DNA from: Symbiobacterium sp.
Lineage (GTDB): Bacteria > Bacillota > Sulfobacillia > DUSP01 > DYEP01
Direction: 5' to 3'
Assembly: GCA_020725675.1 (NCBI GenBank)
Contig: DYEP01000006.1
Coordinates: 12,160-76,159, forward strand
Length of the DNA stretch: 64,000 nucleotides
This document shows, in pieces, positions 31,049-41,491 of this stretch; the stretch's first letter is position 1; every line of letters begins with the position of its first letter. The notes beneath the pieces were generated by a model, which searched no databases, had not been told where the DNA came from, and was given only the letters and a program-made list of their open reading frames with translations. The position numbers were made by a program, and so were the translations under genes.

Positions 31049-31767
31049 GAGTTGTCTCCCTCTCTGGGTATATACTCCTTCAAGTAAGGGAAATCGCCTG
31101 ACAAAACAATCACTAGCGATATCAGGTATTTCCTGTGGCGCTCAACGGTCTTTCTGCTGCATCCGAACCGTTCGACAAGCGCCGCTACCGGTAGCTGGCA
31201 TTTGTCCTTTATGAACTTGAGCATCTCCCCGTCTGCAGCAAGCGCCCGTGCCATGGACACCAATTGTGCCCGTGTATCCCTGTGCTTGGGCGATACGCGC
31301 ACGAGTTCGGAAAAGCTGAGCCCGTACTTGGACAATTCATGTGAGAACAATTGAATCTCCCAAAGGCGCTCTTCCCTCTCAAGCGCCTTGTGGTATTCGT
31401 TTGTGGCAAACTGTTCCATAACTGGGTTAAAGATGGCGCCTTCGTTTTCTAATGTCAGATCCGTCATCGGAGTCTCTTTAGTTCTGCCCGTCTTCCTGTA
31501 ATAATCAACGAGCCTGCGCTTTATGAGCAACGCACAGAACGCCTCAAAACATGAGACCTCGCTATGACTCCTCACAGCCTCCATAAAAGCCTCTGTCGCC
31601 ACCTGGATCTCGTCGTCCCGCCCCCAGCTCAGGTAGCGCCCGCACCACCTTGAAGCTACTCTTGTGATGAAATCCCGGTACATGCGGAGCAGGTCGTTCC
31701 ACGCTTCGGGATCCCCGGCGCGCGCGCGTTGCATTAGTTCGGGTGAACCCAAAGACACCAACGCCAC
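31045..31767 (-). CDS. sigI: RNA polymerase sigma factor SigI
   Basis: 240 aa sigma-70 family with region 2 and a C-terminal region-4-like HTH, size and pairing with RsgI-like gene. Confidence 0.7.
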   Translation of the reverse strand: MALVSLGSPELMQRARAGDPEAWNDLLRMYRDFITRVASRWCGRYLSWGRDDEIQVATEAFMEAVRSHSEVSCFEAFCALLIKRRLVDYYRKTGRTKETPMTDLTLENEGAIFNPVMEQFATNEYHKALEREERLWEIQLFSHELSKYGLSFSELVRVSPKHRDTRAQLVSMARALAADGEMLKFIKDKCQLPVAALVERFGCSRKTVERHRKYLISLVIVLSGDFPYLKEYIPREGDNS

Positions 31768-31788
31768 CTCACAACCTTCTTTACTACA

Positions 31789-31819
31789 TTCGTAAAGTGA
31801 TCAAGCATTTTAGGGGGTA
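31789..31819 (-). promoter_or_regulatory. candidate sigma-I-type autoregulatory promoter (ACCCCC ... CGAA) upstream of sigI
   Basis: Minus strand reads ...tcgtACCCCCtaaaatgcttgatcactttaCGAAtgtagtaaagaaggttgtgATG; motifs match the sigma-I -35/-10 consensus, but the 21-nt spacing is longer than I expect. Confidence 0.25.
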
Positions 31820-32119
31820 CGAGAACTACCTGTTTCATCTTTGCTATCAACTATCAAACGGTAGTCCTCGCTCTCCAGAGGCCGGCTTTGACTCAGCATT
31901 TGAGTCCCGCTTCTTCCAGCTCACCAGCACTTCACAGAATCTAGGCGACCAATGGGCTTGCTGCTTCTGACAAGAGGCAAACCGCGTCTTTCGACTCAAC
32001 TAAAGTCTCCATACTCTCTGCCAGGGACTTAGAGAGCAGGGGGTGGGCGAAGGACGCTTCTTGATGATGTTTGGCTGCCAGCCGCTCACCCCGAGGACAG
32101 GCCCATGCGTTCTTGCTTC

Positions 32120-32359
32120 TTACCTCCTGGCCAGGATGGAAAAGAGCAACGTAAGGATCAGGCTCACGAGGATGGATGTGGCCAGGGGGAAGTAAAAAGT
32201 GAAGTTGCCGCGCCTAATCAGGATGTCCCCTGGCAACCTGCCAATGCCGGGAATTTTCCCGGCAAACATGAGAATAACTCCGATCATGAGGATGATGGCA
32301 CCAAACAGCACAAATGTCTTACCTATCTGTTCCATGCTTCTCACCTTCTTTGAAGTCAC
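32120..32359 (-). CDS. DUF2905-family small membrane protein
   Basis: 79 aa; two TM helices and ...LPGDILIRRGNFTFYFPLATSIL... motif. Confidence 0.5.
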   Translation of the reverse strand: MTSKKVRSMEQIGKTFVLFGAIILMIGVILMFAGKIPGIGRLPGDILIRRGNFTFYFPLATSILVSLILTLLFSILARR

Positions 32360-32413
32360 TTAAGCCGTGTCGCTTATTGGGCAGCCCGGCTTCCCTGGTG
32401 AATTGATGATGTT

Positions 32414-33214
32414 CTAAAGTCCTTTCAATGCTAATACTTCTTTTGCCGGAGTTCTGTCACCCTTGCAGCTGATCATGCGGGGCGCATCCAGAAATACTAT
32501 TTTGAATCCATGGCTCTGATACAATTGTATAATACGATCCGTCGCCTGGTTGGATAGGACTACAGGCCCCGAATGCCGGGCCAGCCAAGCGGCTAGACGG
32601 GTCTGGTCCTCCCAGCCGAATCCATCCTTGGAATACTGGGTAAATTCCACATCATACGGAGGATCGGCGTATACAAAGTCATTCTCGTTGAGGACAAGAC
32701 TCTCAAAGTCACTGCAGGAGAACTCCCACTGGCTAAGTACCTGCCGATAGGGTTGGTGGTCACGCACGTAGTTTATAGCACGGTATCTGCCAAATGGAAC
32801 GTTAAACTCCCCTTTTTTGTTGAAACGGCACAGTCCGTTATAGCCCGTTCGGTTAAGATAATAAAACAGTTCGGCTGATTCCTTGGTTTTTTCTTTTCCT
32901 TCCTTGACAAGCCGGTTGAAACGTTCGCGGTGAGCATAGTAAAGGGTCTTATCATTCTCCATGGGGATTGTAATGTACAGGCCCCTCTGCACCCACCGGA
33001 AAAAGTTGATCACGTGTATATTAATATCGTTCAACAGCGCCCTTTTCGGCATTAGACCCAAGGTTACCGATAGGCCGCCACATAGCGGCTCGACTAATCT
33101 CAGGCTCGAATAGGGCTCCCAAAGAGGCTTCAGGTGGGGGACCAACCACCGTTTTCCCCCAGCCCACTTCAGCGGTGGCCCCAGACCGCGGACATAAATG
33201 CCGTTTGCCTTCAT
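32414..33214 (-). CDS. dam: DNA adenine methyltransferase, Dam/D12 class (N6-adenine MTase)
   Basis: LKWAGGKRWL (SAM-binding motif I) near N-terminus and DPPY catalytic motif (VYADPPYD); start moved to MKANGIYV... (track N-extension of 10 aa). No adjacent restriction endonuclease. Confidence 0.8.
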   Translation of the reverse strand: MKANGIYVRGLGPPLKWAGGKRWLVPHLKPLWEPYSSLRLVEPLCGGLSVTLGLMPKRALLNDINIHVINFFRWVQRGLYITIPMENDKTLYYAHRERFNRLVKEGKEKTKESAELFYYLNRTGYNGLCRFNKKGEFNVPFGRYRAINYVRDHQPYRQVLSQWEFSCSDFESLVLNENDFVYADPPYDVEFTQYSKDGFGWEDQTRLAAWLARHSGPVVLSNQATDRIIQLYQSHGFKIVFLDAPRMISCKGDRTPAKEVLALKGL

Positions 33215-33323
33215 GTCATGACTCCTAACGCCCGGTTTCCGCAAGAACGGACAAAGCCGGGATCTTTCACATCAGCATTACGCCGAGTGCACTCCTGCTC
33301 CAGCGCGTACGGCCTGTTCACTC

Positions 33324-33848
33324 TTACCGGTATCGTTCAAATTCCGAGTATATGCAGCCACAATACTTCTGCATGTAAAGCCCGGCTTCCTTCGCATCGC
33401 GCTGACCCTGTCTGAAATAGGGCCTTGCGTCCACGTAGTGGAAGGGGACACCTGTTTCTTCTGAAATCTCAGCCCCCAAATTGGCTATCTGATCGTGCAG
33501 CTGATACGGGCTCACGAGCAACGTGGTGGTAAAGGCGTCAAAACCCTTTTGCTTTGCTTCTTTCGCGGCGCAGGCAAGACGCAGTCTGTAACAGGGAAGA
33601 CATCGCTTCCCATAACCGCTGTCCTTTACCGCCTCCGCAAAGAACGTATCCAGATCGTAGCTATCATCCACGGTCAGCGGTATTGATCTCTGCTCACAGA
33701 ACGTTGAAAGTGCCTCCATCCTCCTTTTGTACTCTGTCCACGGGTGAATATTGGGGTTATAAAAAAACGCAGTTACGTCCTTGTCTTTGAGAGTGTGAAG
33801 AGTCCCAGCAAGGCACGGTCCGCAGCAGGTATGCACCAGTATCCTCAT
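33324..33848 (-). CDS. queH: epoxyqueuosine reductase QueH (DUF208)
   Basis: 174 aa; [12 protein letters not shown]... and later CLPCY, YCGCIYS cysteine motifs typical of QueH. Confidence 0.75.
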   Translation of the reverse strand: MRILVHTCCGPCLAGTLHTLKDKDVTAFFYNPNIHPWTEYKRRMEALSTFCEQRSIPLTVDDSYDLDTFFAEAVKDSGYGKRCLPCYRLRLACAAKEAKQKGFDAFTTTLLVSPYQLHDQIANLGAEISEETGVPFHYVDARPYFRQGQRDAKEAGLYMQKYCGCIYSEFERYR

Positions 33849-34861
33849 TCGAAGAATCTCTCCTGATCATCTCTTCTTACACCCAGGTGGGCGAATGCCT
33901 GAGGTGTCAACACTCTGCCTCGCGGGGTTCTCTGCAGAAAACCGATCTGCATAAGGTATGGTTCGCACACATCCTCGATGGTCTCGGTCTCCTCCGATAT
34001 TGCAGCAGCCAGCGTCTCGATACCTACCGGACCACCCCCATACATCTTCGCAATAGCAGACAGCAGCCGTCTGTCCACTGCGTCAAGCCCCAGATGGTCC
34101 ACTTCCATAAGCGCGAGACCTTCTTCTGCCACCTGCTTTGTAATTCTCCCTGATGCTCTAACCTGAGCATAGTCCCTGAGCCTTTTTAGTAACCTGTTGG
34201 CCACTCGCGGAGTGCCTCGCGACCTCGCCGCTATCTCAGCTGCACCCTCGCTGTCAAGCTGCACTCCCAAGATGGCTGCAGAGCGCTCCACGATCCTGCA
34301 GAGCTCAGCAGGGGTGTAAAAGTCAAGCCGCGCGATGACTCCGAACCTGTCCCTGAGCGGAGAGGTGAGCGACCCTGCGCGGGTGGTCGCACCGATTAGC
34401 GTAAATCTCGGAAGCTCAAGCCTCAGTGACCTGGCGCTCGGTCCTTTACCTATCACAATGTCCAGAGCGAAATCTTCCATCGCAGGGTAAAGGATCTCTT
34501 CCACGGTCCGGTTCAGTCTGTGGATCTCATCGATGAACAGCACGTCGTGCTGGCCCAAGTTGGTCAGGATTGCAGCCAGATCTCCCGGCCTCTCTATCGC
34601 CGGTCCAGAGGTCGCGCGTAGTCCCACGCCCAGTTCGTTCGCGATAATATGCGCCAGCGTCGTCTTGCCAAGCCCCGGCGGTCCGTAAAGAAGCACGTGG
34701 TCCAGATGTTCCCTTCGCTGTTTGGCAGCTTCTATGTAAATGGAGAGCCTCTCCTTCAGACCGTCCTGTCCCACATAATCACTAAGCCTTCGCGGGCGAA
34801 GGCTCAGATCCAGCACTTCATCCTCCTGTTTAGGTTTCCCAGAAACTATCCGTTCTTCCAT
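33845..34861 (-). CDS. ruvB: Holliday junction branch migration DNA helicase RuvB
   Basis: 338 aa; AAA+ Walker [12 protein letters not shown], RuvB conserved blocks. Confidence 0.9.
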   Translation of the reverse strand: MEERIVSGKPKQEDEVLDLSLRPRRLSDYVGQDGLKERLSIYIEAAKQRREHLDHVLLYGPPGLGKTTLAHIIANELGVGLRATSGPAIERPGDLAAILTNLGQHDVLFIDEIHRLNRTVEEILYPAMEDFALDIVIGKGPSARSLRLELPRFTLIGATTRAGSLTSPLRDRFGVIARLDFYTPAELCRIVERSAAILGVQLDSEGAAEIAARSRGTPRVANRLLKRLRDYAQVRASGRITKQVAEEGLALMEVDHLGLDAVDRRLLSAIAKMYGGGPVGIETLAAAISEETETIEDVCEPYLMQIGFLQRTPRGRVLTPQAFAHLGVRRDDQERFFE

Positions 34862-34873
34862 TCGCGTCCCCTT

Positions 34874-35470
34874 TCAGCGAGCCAGTATCTTGAGGCACAA
34901 CTTAACGAGTTCGTCCGTCTTCTCCGTCCCTGCTTCAGGCAGAGCACGCTCCAGTGCCGCGGCCGCTTCCGCTCGCGAATACCCGAGGGCCAGCAGCGCC
35001 ATCAATGCTTCGCCGGAAGCGCCGAGCGGGGCCGATACGTCCTGCGCACCGCGAACTGCTTCTCTTGCGGAACCCGTCACGCGGTCCTTGAGCTCGAGCA
35101 GTATGCGTTCAGCGCCTTTCTTCCCGATCCCGGGCACCCGCTGGAGCACCTTGCTCTCCTCAAACACCAGCGCCTTTCGGAACTCGTCAGGAGTCAGGCA
35201 ACTCAGCACGTTCAACGCTAGCCTCGGCCCTACCCCTGAGACCGAAATGAGCAGGGAGAAAAGCTGGAGCTCAGCCTGGTCCTCAAACCCGTAAAGCGTC
35301 AGGCTGTCTTCCTTTACATGAAGGTGCGTGTGAAGCGTGACCTCAGTTCCCGCCTTAAGCCTTGAGCGCAGCGCGGTAGTGATAAATACCCGATATCCCA
35401 CCCCTGATACAAAGAGCACCAGGTAGTCCGGACCAAGATGGTGTATGATTCCTTTGAGCATTGCTATCAT
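34874..35470 (-). CDS. ruvA: Holliday junction DNA helicase RuvA
   Basis: MIAMLKGIIHHLGPDYLVLFVSGVGYRV... RuvA domain I; HhH domain LISVSGVGPRLA; track N-extension likely spurious (true start 35470 or 35461). Confidence 0.85.
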   Translation of the reverse strand: MIAMLKGIIHHLGPDYLVLFVSGVGYRVFITTALRSRLKAGTEVTLHTHLHVKEDSLTLYGFEDQAELQLFSLLISVSGVGPRLALNVLSCLTPDEFRKALVFEESKVLQRVPGIGKKGAERILLELKDRVTGSAREAVRGAQDVSAPLGASGEALMALLALGYSRAEAAAALERALPEAGTEKTDELVKLCLKILAR

Positions 35471-35958
35471 TGGCGGAACTCCCTTAACGTAGTCTCGGTA
35501 TGGATACAGCACAAGGCAACGGCGAGTGCATCCGCAGCATCGTCCGGGCGCGGTTCCTCTTCGAGGCCGAGCAGGACCTTTATCATTGACTGGATCTGGC
35601 GCTTGCTCGCACGGCCGTAACCCACAACTCCCATTTTTACCTCAAGCGGTGTATACTCGAGAACTGAGAGTCCCGCCTGGTTGGCAGCCAGCAGCACCAC
35701 GCCCCGGGCCTGTCCCACCTGCAGCGCCGACCGGGCGTTCTTGTTGAAGAACACCTGTTCCACAGCTACAACATCTGGCCTGAAATCCCGGATAATGCCC
35801 TGTATGCGCGCATGCACTTCAAGGAGCCTCTGCGGAAGGGGAGCATTTGCTGAAGTGCGTATGCAGCCGTAGTCCACCGCCCGTATCTTGCCAGATTCAT
35901 GCTCCACCAACCCAAAACCAGTCGTCGCAGTACCCGGGTCCACACCCAATACCCGCAT
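35467..35958 (-). CDS. ruvC: crossover junction endodeoxyribonuclease RuvC
   Basis: 163 aa; MRVLGVDPGTATTGFGLVE... RuvC RNase-H-fold N-terminus. Confidence 0.9.
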   Translation of the reverse strand: MRVLGVDPGTATTGFGLVEHESGKIRAVDYGCIRTSANAPLPQRLLEVHARIQGIIRDFRPDVVAVEQVFFNKNARSALQVGQARGVVLLAANQAGLSVLEYTPLEVKMGVVGYGRASKRQIQSMIKVLLGLEEEPRPDDAADALAVALCCIHTETTLREFRQ

Positions 35959-36167
35959 GAGCCATCACTCCGATTGATTTAGCTTCGACGGTCCGCGCAC
36001 GGATTCCTGTCCAGCCCCGATTCGCAGTAACGCTCGGGACGCCAATTGTCCACCCGAGAAACCCAAACGCGCATAGGAGGCATTGTCGTTTATACAGACA
36101 GGGTTTTCTGCAGAAGATCAGTTTTGCTGATACGTACTAAAGATCCTTCACGTCAGGCCAAACACTC

Positions 36168-36208
36168 TTGCAAACAAAAAGACACAGGATACATAACGAA
36201 TCCTGTGC
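36168..36208 (-). terminator. rho-independent terminator downstream of BofC-like gene
   Basis: CACAGGAT-acataacga-ATCCTGTG hairpin followed on the minus strand by TCTTTTTGTTTG. Confidence 0.55.
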
Positions 36209-36214
36209 CCTGAA

Positions 36215-36784
36215 CTACTCTGATAGACCCTCAAGGAATTCTGCCACCGCTTCGTCGCCCATGACCACGATTCCCGCCTGAAGCAGTGCACGGTCGTTTG
36301 ATAGGAGTCTGCTCGCAGGTATTCCAGTAACCGTGTGCACCATTCCCGGGTCAGGTTTCTTGCCGTAGTATACTGTCACTATGCCATCCTTGATCCCGAT
36401 GCTTCTGTATAACAGGTGCTCTTCACACATCCCGCCTACCTCTTTGGCGAGCGTCACTTGCTTTGGTGAGAAATATAGGATCATCCAGTCAGGAAAGGCC
36501 TGCGCTACATCGTCTTCTGTCATACCCGCCAGGTAGGCGCCGGCAGTCTCCTCGATCTCTTCAATGTCATCACATTCGGAGTACGAGATGATGTACGTGA
36601 ATGTGGCGTCCGGAGCCACCACGTTGCCCGTACCCATGCCCATCTGGCCCGGGCCTCTTATGCTTTCGGGCAGAAGGTCTCTGGGGATAAGCCCTGCTCC
36701 CCACCAATAGCCAGCGGCAAATGCCACTGCAAAGCAGACTACCGAACTGATCCAGAGCCTTCTCCAGCTGACTTTGTTGGACAC
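36215..36784 (-). CDS. membrane-anchored hypothetical protein, possibly BofC-like (sporulation)
   Basis: 189 aa; N-terminal TM; C-terminal block DGIVTVYYGKKPDPGMVHTVTGIPASRLLSNDRALLQAGIVV resembles BofC C-domain; weak recall only. Confidence 0.25.
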   Translation of the reverse strand: MSNKVSWRRLWISSVVCFAVAFAAGYWWGAGLIPRDLLPESIRGPGQMGMGTGNVVAPDATFTYIISYSECDDIEEIEETAGAYLAGMTEDDVAQAFPDWMILYFSPKQVTLAKEVGGMCEEHLLYRSIGIKDGIVTVYYGKKPDPGMVHTVTGIPASRLLSNDRALLQAGIVVMGDEAVAEFLEGLSE

Positions 36785-36823
36785 ACCGCTTCCCCCCTTT
36801 GGGGATCAGTGTGTCCAGTTCTG

Positions 36824-37576
36824 TCAACTCATATGCCTTTGCATCAATTCTTCGGGCAAATCGAAATTGGCGTAAACGTTCTGCACGTCGTCGTGCTCTT
36901 CCAAAACGTCCATCAGCTTTAGCAGCTTCTCTGCGTCTTTCTCGGCGACCGATACCGTTGATTTGGGCACCATCGTCACCTCTGCCTGCGCCACCGGAAT
37001 CCCTGATGCCAGCAACCTCTCCTTAACTTCCTCCAGGTCTTCCGGTTTTGTAAACACTTCGTATGTATCCTCTTCAGATACCATGTCTTCAGCTCCTGCA
37101 TCGAGCACCACGAGCATCAGCTCGTCCTCTCCCGGGGATCCTTCCTTATTCACAACGATATACCCTCGCTTCTCAAACATCCAGGAAACGCACCCTGTTT
37201 CGCCCAGGTTCCCCCCGTGTTTTGAGAACAGGTGCCGGATCTCTCCTGCAGTCCGGTTGCGGTTGTCTGTCAATATGTCCAGCATTATGGCTACGCCACC
37301 TGGGCCGTACCCCTCGTACACGAGTTCCTCGTAGTTGATGCCTTCGAGTTCGCCGGTGCCCTTTTGAATGGCCCTCTGGATGTTTTCAGAAGGGATATTC
37401 GCCTCCCTGGCTTTTTGTATTGCCATCCTGAGCCTGGTATTGGTTTCCGGGTTGCCTCCACCTGCTCTCGCTGCAACCATCAGCTCGCGGCTGATCTTTG
37501 AAAATATATTCCCCCTTTGCGCGTCTACTTTCGCCTTCTTATGCTTTATATTCGCCCATTTTGAGTGTCCTGACAT
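36824..37576 (-). CDS. yebC: YebC/PmpR-family DNA-binding transcriptional regulator
   Basis: 250 aa; [22 protein letters not shown]... invariant YebC N-terminus. Confidence 0.9.
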   Translation of the reverse strand: MSGHSKWANIKHKKAKVDAQRGNIFSKISRELMVAARAGGGNPETNTRLRMAIQKAREANIPSENIQRAIQKGTGELEGINYEELVYEGYGPGGVAIMLDILTDNRNRTAGEIRHLFSKHGGNLGETGCVSWMFEKRGYIVVNKEGSPGEDELMLVVLDAGAEDMVSEEDTYEVFTKPEDLEEVKERLLASGIPVAQAEVTMVPKSTVSVAEKDAEKLLKLMDVLEEHDDVQNVYANFDLPEELMQRHMS

Positions 37577-37609
37577 CCCGGACGCGCCCCCTTTCTCAGG
37601 TTCTTCGGA

Positions 37610-38323
37610 TTAAAGTACCGGAACCGGAGGCATCCTCCGCTTGTGCTCGCTTAATCTGTGCCTCTTGTCTATGATCTGTTGCACTTGGGGTTCAGCATCT
37701 CCGGTCAACAAATATCTGTCAAGCTCCTTGTATGTAAGACCCATTTCCCCCTCGTCCGTCTGACCTGGCCATAACCCGGCTGAGGGTACCCTGTTCACAA
37801 TCCGCTCAGGGATGCCGAGGTACGACGCAAGCCGCCGAACCTCTTCTTTAACTAAACCTCCAAGCGGCAGAAGGTCCACCGCCCCGTCACCATGTTTTGT
37901 AAAGTATCCCACGTGTATCTCTGACCTGTTACCCGTACCCACCACGAGGGATCTGCGCCTTGCAGCCACATGGTAAAGGGTGATCATGCGCAGCCTTGGC
38001 CTTATGTTGGCCTGCACCAGGTCTCCACACGTGGCTGACTCATCCAACGTCTCAAGAAACCGGTCAAAAACGGGTGTCAGGTCCACCATGAGCCGCTCTG
38101 CGCCTACCGTACGGATCACAAGTTCGGCATCCTCCACATCCTCTGCCGCGCTGTGGCACGGCATGATGACGCCAGTTACACAGCCTGGAGTAGCCCTCGC
38201 GCACAAGGCGAGCACCGCGGCGGAGTCCACTCCACCGCTGACGCCCACTACGGTCCCCTGCGCACCGGCCTCCTCCACGTGTTCGGCTATCCATTTGACC
38301 AGCCTGTCCGCTATTTCTTTCAT
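37610..38323 (-). CDS. nadE: NH3-dependent NAD+ synthetase
   Basis: 237 aa; N-type ATP-PPase SGGVDSA motif, overall NadE size and blocks. Confidence 0.8.
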   Translation of the reverse strand: MKEIADRLVKWIAEHVEEAGAQGTVVGVSGGVDSAAVLALCARATPGCVTGVIMPCHSAAEDVEDAELVIRTVGAERLMVDLTPVFDRFLETLDESATCGDLVQANIRPRLRMITLYHVAARRRSLVVGTGNRSEIHVGYFTKHGDGAVDLLPLGGLVKEEVRRLASYLGIPERIVNRVPSAGLWPGQTDEGEMGLTYKELDRYLLTGDAEPQVQQIIDKRHRLSEHKRRMPPVPVL

Positions 38324-38733
38324 CGCTTCACCACCAATCCCGTCCTCTTCAGTGTGCCTTGGGATGCCTCGTAAATGTGCATTTCCCGCTGCTCCAAGGA
38401 GGCGATGATGTACAAATAACCCGGGTAAGTGAGTAAGGCCAGATCTCTTTCAGAAGGGAATGCAGACCCCCTGGGGTGGGAGTGAAACACCGCTATCAGA
38501 TCGTGGCCTCGCAGCTGGGCACCATTAATGGCCGCCAACTGGTCTTCTGGGTGCATCAGAAAAGAGTTCTCGTCTTTGCTTACGTTTCGGGCTTTCCAGA
38601 AGACCGAAAAACGCCTCCCTTTACCGGTAACCATCCCGCATGCCTCGCCGGGCGCTGCAGCCACAGCAGCTTTCCACAGTGCGCCGTAGAGCGCTTCGCT
38701 CAAGCAGTAAGTTTTCTCACACGGAGTTTCCAT
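38320..38733 (-). CDS. JAMM/MPN+ metalloisopeptidase (Mov34 family; Mec+/QbsD-like)
   Basis: 137 aa; catalytic Glu (GEACGMV) and intact JAMM motif HSHPRGSAFPSERD (HxHx7Sx2D). Confidence 0.8.
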   Translation of the reverse strand: METPCEKTYCLSEALYGALWKAAVAAAPGEACGMVTGKGRRFSVFWKARNVSKDENSFLMHPEDQLAAINGAQLRGHDLIAVFHSHPRGSAFPSERDLALLTYPGYLYIIASLEQREMHIYEASQGTLKRTGLVVKR

Positions 38734-38942
38734 TCACCTGGTCCCACCTGCTCTATTCCGTAAACTTGCTGGCCTTCCATGGTAAAATTGCGCCTTAGAT
38801 TGTCCACCGCCGGCGCGTAATCGATAAGTACGAGCATCACCTGCTGCGGTTTCAGGTCCTCCAAAGTAATCCGCGCCTTGATGTAGGTCATTGGGCACTT
38901 GTCTCCCCTTATGTCACAAAGCACGTCGTACTCTTCATCCAT
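38700..38942 (-). CDS. TusA-like sulfur carrier / two-layered alpha-beta sandwich protein
   Basis: 80 aa; N-terminal Cys in CPMTY (TusA CPxP-type motif) followed by typical TusA secondary-structure pattern. Confidence 0.6.
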   Translation of the reverse strand: MDEEYDVLCDIRGDKCPMTYIKARITLEDLKPQQVMLVLIDYAPAVDNLRRNFTMEGQQVYGIEQVGPGEWKLRVRKLTA

Positions 38943-38948
38943 ACGGGC

Positions 38949-39752
38949 TCACCCCCGATTGCCCTTTTGACAACCATTGTATGTCGGGCGTGCGACAGCG
39001 TCCCGCGTTCCTTCGCGGCAGGGGCAGCCTGGATCTGGCTGCACCTCGACCTCCATGAACTCCATCGATAGTCCGTTGAATAGGATCAGCCTGCCTGACA
39101 GCGTTCGCCCGGCATCGAGTAGTATCTTGAGGACTTCAAGTGCCTGTATGGATCCTATGACCCCGGGTACCGCACCCAGCACCCCAACCTGGGCGCACGT
39201 GGGCATGAGGTCAGGCGGGGGGGCCGCAGGATATATGCAGCGGTAACACGGGCCTCCACCTCCAAACACAGTAACTTGCCCTTCGAACCGAAATATGCTA
39301 CCGTGAACCATGTACTTGCCCGCCCTCACACACGCGTCGTTCATAATATACCGGGCGGCAAAATTGTCGGTAGCATCTACCACCACATCATACTCGCCAA
39401 CGAGCGCGTCAGCATTCTCCTCGCTCAGCATACACTGGTGAACAGAAACGGTGATATCCGGATTGAGCGCAAGCAGTTTCTCACGTGCTGAGAAGACCTT
39501 TTGCCGACCGATGTCTCTTGTGGAGTGAAGGATCTGCCTTTGCAAGTTCGAAAGGTCTACAACATCGCCATCGACCAAGCCTATCCTTCCTACTCCGGCC
39601 GCTGCCAGATAGTAGCTGACAGGGGAACCGAGGCCTCCTGTGCCCACTACAAGCACGCTGGAGTTGAGCAGTCTTATCTGGCCCCGTTTCCCTACCTGGT
39701 CAAGAACGATGTTCCGCGAGTACCTCAGCACCTGTTCCTCAGAGAGTGTCAC
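38949..39752 (-). CDS. moeB: E1-like adenylyltransferase ThiF/MoeB family (sulfur-carrier-protein activating enzyme)
   Basis: 267 aa; LVVGTGGLGSPVSYYLAAAGVG Rossmann/ATP motif, two CxxC pairs near C-terminus. Confidence 0.85.
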   Translation of the reverse strand: MTLSEEQVLRYSRNIVLDQVGKRGQIRLLNSSVLVVGTGGLGSPVSYYLAAAGVGRIGLVDGDVVDLSNLQRQILHSTRDIGRQKVFSAREKLLALNPDITVSVHQCMLSEENADALVGEYDVVVDATDNFAARYIMNDACVRAGKYMVHGSIFRFEGQVTVFGGGGPCYRCIYPAAPPPDLMPTCAQVGVLGAVPGVIGSIQALEVLKILLDAGRTLSGRLILFNGLSMEFMEVEVQPDPGCPCREGTRDAVARPTYNGCQKGNRG

Positions 39753-41491
39753 GTCCTGTCGCCCCCCTTGAAAACCTTCAGGCTCCGCATTCTTGAAATA
39801 GCATACAGCACATCCTCAGGTCTTGGCATGACGTAGTCGCCCTCGGGAGCAGAAAAGGGCGACAACATCTCAAGACCTGATCTCTCCATTTCCTTGTACG
39901 CCCTGAAGATTCCTTCCGTCAGCGAGGTACGACCATCGAACACGTTCTCCGACAGGTAATGTATGAGGTCTCCGAGCGCACGCACCTGCCCGGGGTCCAC
40001 GATCTGTTCGATGCAGGATAACACCACTTCCTGCTCTCCGAACACAAGGTTTCCGCCTCTTTCCGTGATCTTCACCTTCCTGCCGCGGTATGGGTTAAAG
40101 CTCTCTGGGTAAGGTATTCGCCCAGCCGGCCGGGCCAGCGGACGGCCGCGCACAGACCAATCGGCGCTGCGCAGTTCCTCGCCTATGCGGCGAGCCTGCG
40201 CAGATACATCCAATACGCGATAATTCTCGCACATGATCACTGTATCCGCCACTCCCAAATAGAGTCCGGAACCGCCCATGACTAACACGGTGGATACCCC
40301 GAGTGTTTCGTAAAGCTCCCGCACCCGGTAAAGGAACGGGGTAATAGGCTCTTTGTCATCACTGACAAGCCTTCGCATGTACTCATCCCTGATCATGAAG
40401 TTGGTCGCGCAGGTGTCCTCATCCATTAGCAGTGTCTTCGTTCCCGCTTCGATCGCCTCCATGATGTTCGCAGCCTGGGACGTAGAACCCGACGCGTTTT
40501 CTGTACAAAAAGCGGTGGTATCCTCCCCGCTCGGAAGCCCGCTGATAAATGGTGAAATGTCCACTCTCTCGATGCGCCTTCCGTCCTCTGCCCTCACCTT
40601 TGTCGCCGAGCGTTCAGTGATGACCATTTCTCTGCCGTCACCGGGGATGTGGTTGTATACACCTCGCTCAAGCGCCTTAAGCAGCGTAGATTTACCATGG
40701 TAACCGCCTCCCACAATAATCGTTACGCCGCGCGGAATGCCCATACCAGTAACGGCTCCCGCATGCGGGGTATGAATGGTAACCTGAAGTGTGTCCGGAG
40801 TCTTAAAAGCAACGGCCCTCTCCCGGCTCATCGGTAGATCAGAGATTCCGCTCTCTCTTGCCAGCACAGCTCCGTTAGCGACAAAGGCAACCAAACCGAG
40901 TCTATCCAAAGCCTCGCGTATGGCCTCCTGGTCCTCGTACAAGTCTGCAGCCCTCTTGAGCGCACGCTTGTCCAAAGCTGCGTAAAAGAGGCATGCAGAA
41001 GCGATCTCCCTGATTTCAAAAAAGAACATTTGAATCGCCTGCCTGCCCAGCACTCTTCGGCCGTCTGCAGGCAGCCCGACGCGGAGGCGCGCCTCGACCC
41101 AGTGCTCGGTCATTCTCACGGAGGTACGTTCTAGCACCTCCTGCCCGCATTTCATGCAATAAATGGCTCCGGATCTCCCAGACCCCCGTTTGCTTCTTGA
41201 TATCTGGGATATGGCTTTGCCCAGCATTCGGGTGATGTAGTCCTCGCACGCGATGCGTCTTGATCGATTGGACCAGTACTCGCTTGGGAAATCCATCCCG
41301 GCGGTACGCAGCCTAATCCGGCTTGGAGCAGCAAACGGATCTGCCTGTACCTGGTCTATGTACAGGGTATAGTCGCCGAAATCGTACGCGCCTTTGATAT
41401 CTTTGTAAGCGGGGTAGCCCTTCCCGTCAATGCGCATTAGCTCCGTTTCGAGCTTGGTCTTGTCAAATACCGTCATCTTCTCCCTCGTCAT
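39749..41491 (-). CDS. ABC-class ATPase domain protein (Pfam ABC_ATPase / MRB1590-like), function unknown
   Basis: 580 aa; Walker A IIVGGGYHGKSTLL embedded in a large non-transporter protein; family assignment from recall of the predicted ATPase of the ABC class. Confidence 0.55.
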   Translation of the reverse strand: MTREKMTVFDKTKLETELMRIDGKGYPAYKDIKGAYDFGDYTLYIDQVQADPFAAPSRIRLRTAGMDFPSEYWSNRSRRIACEDYITRMLGKAISQISRSKRGSGRSGAIYCMKCGQEVLERTSVRMTEHWVEARLRVGLPADGRRVLGRQAIQMFFFEIREIASACLFYAALDKRALKRAADLYEDQEAIREALDRLGLVAFVANGAVLARESGISDLPMSRERAVAFKTPDTLQVTIHTPHAGAVTGMGIPRGVTIIVGGGYHGKSTLLKALERGVYNHIPGDGREMVITERSATKVRAEDGRRIERVDISPFISGLPSGEDTTAFCTENASGSTSQAANIMEAIEAGTKTLLMDEDTCATNFMIRDEYMRRLVSDDKEPITPFLYRVRELYETLGVSTVLVMGGSGLYLGVADTVIMCENYRVLDVSAQARRIGEELRSADWSVRGRPLARPAGRIPYPESFNPYRGRKVKITERGGNLVFGEQEVVLSCIEQIVDPGQVRALGDLIHYLSENVFDGRTSLTEGIFRAYKEMERSGLEMLSPFSAPEGDYVMPRPEDVLYAISRMRSLKVFKGGDRT

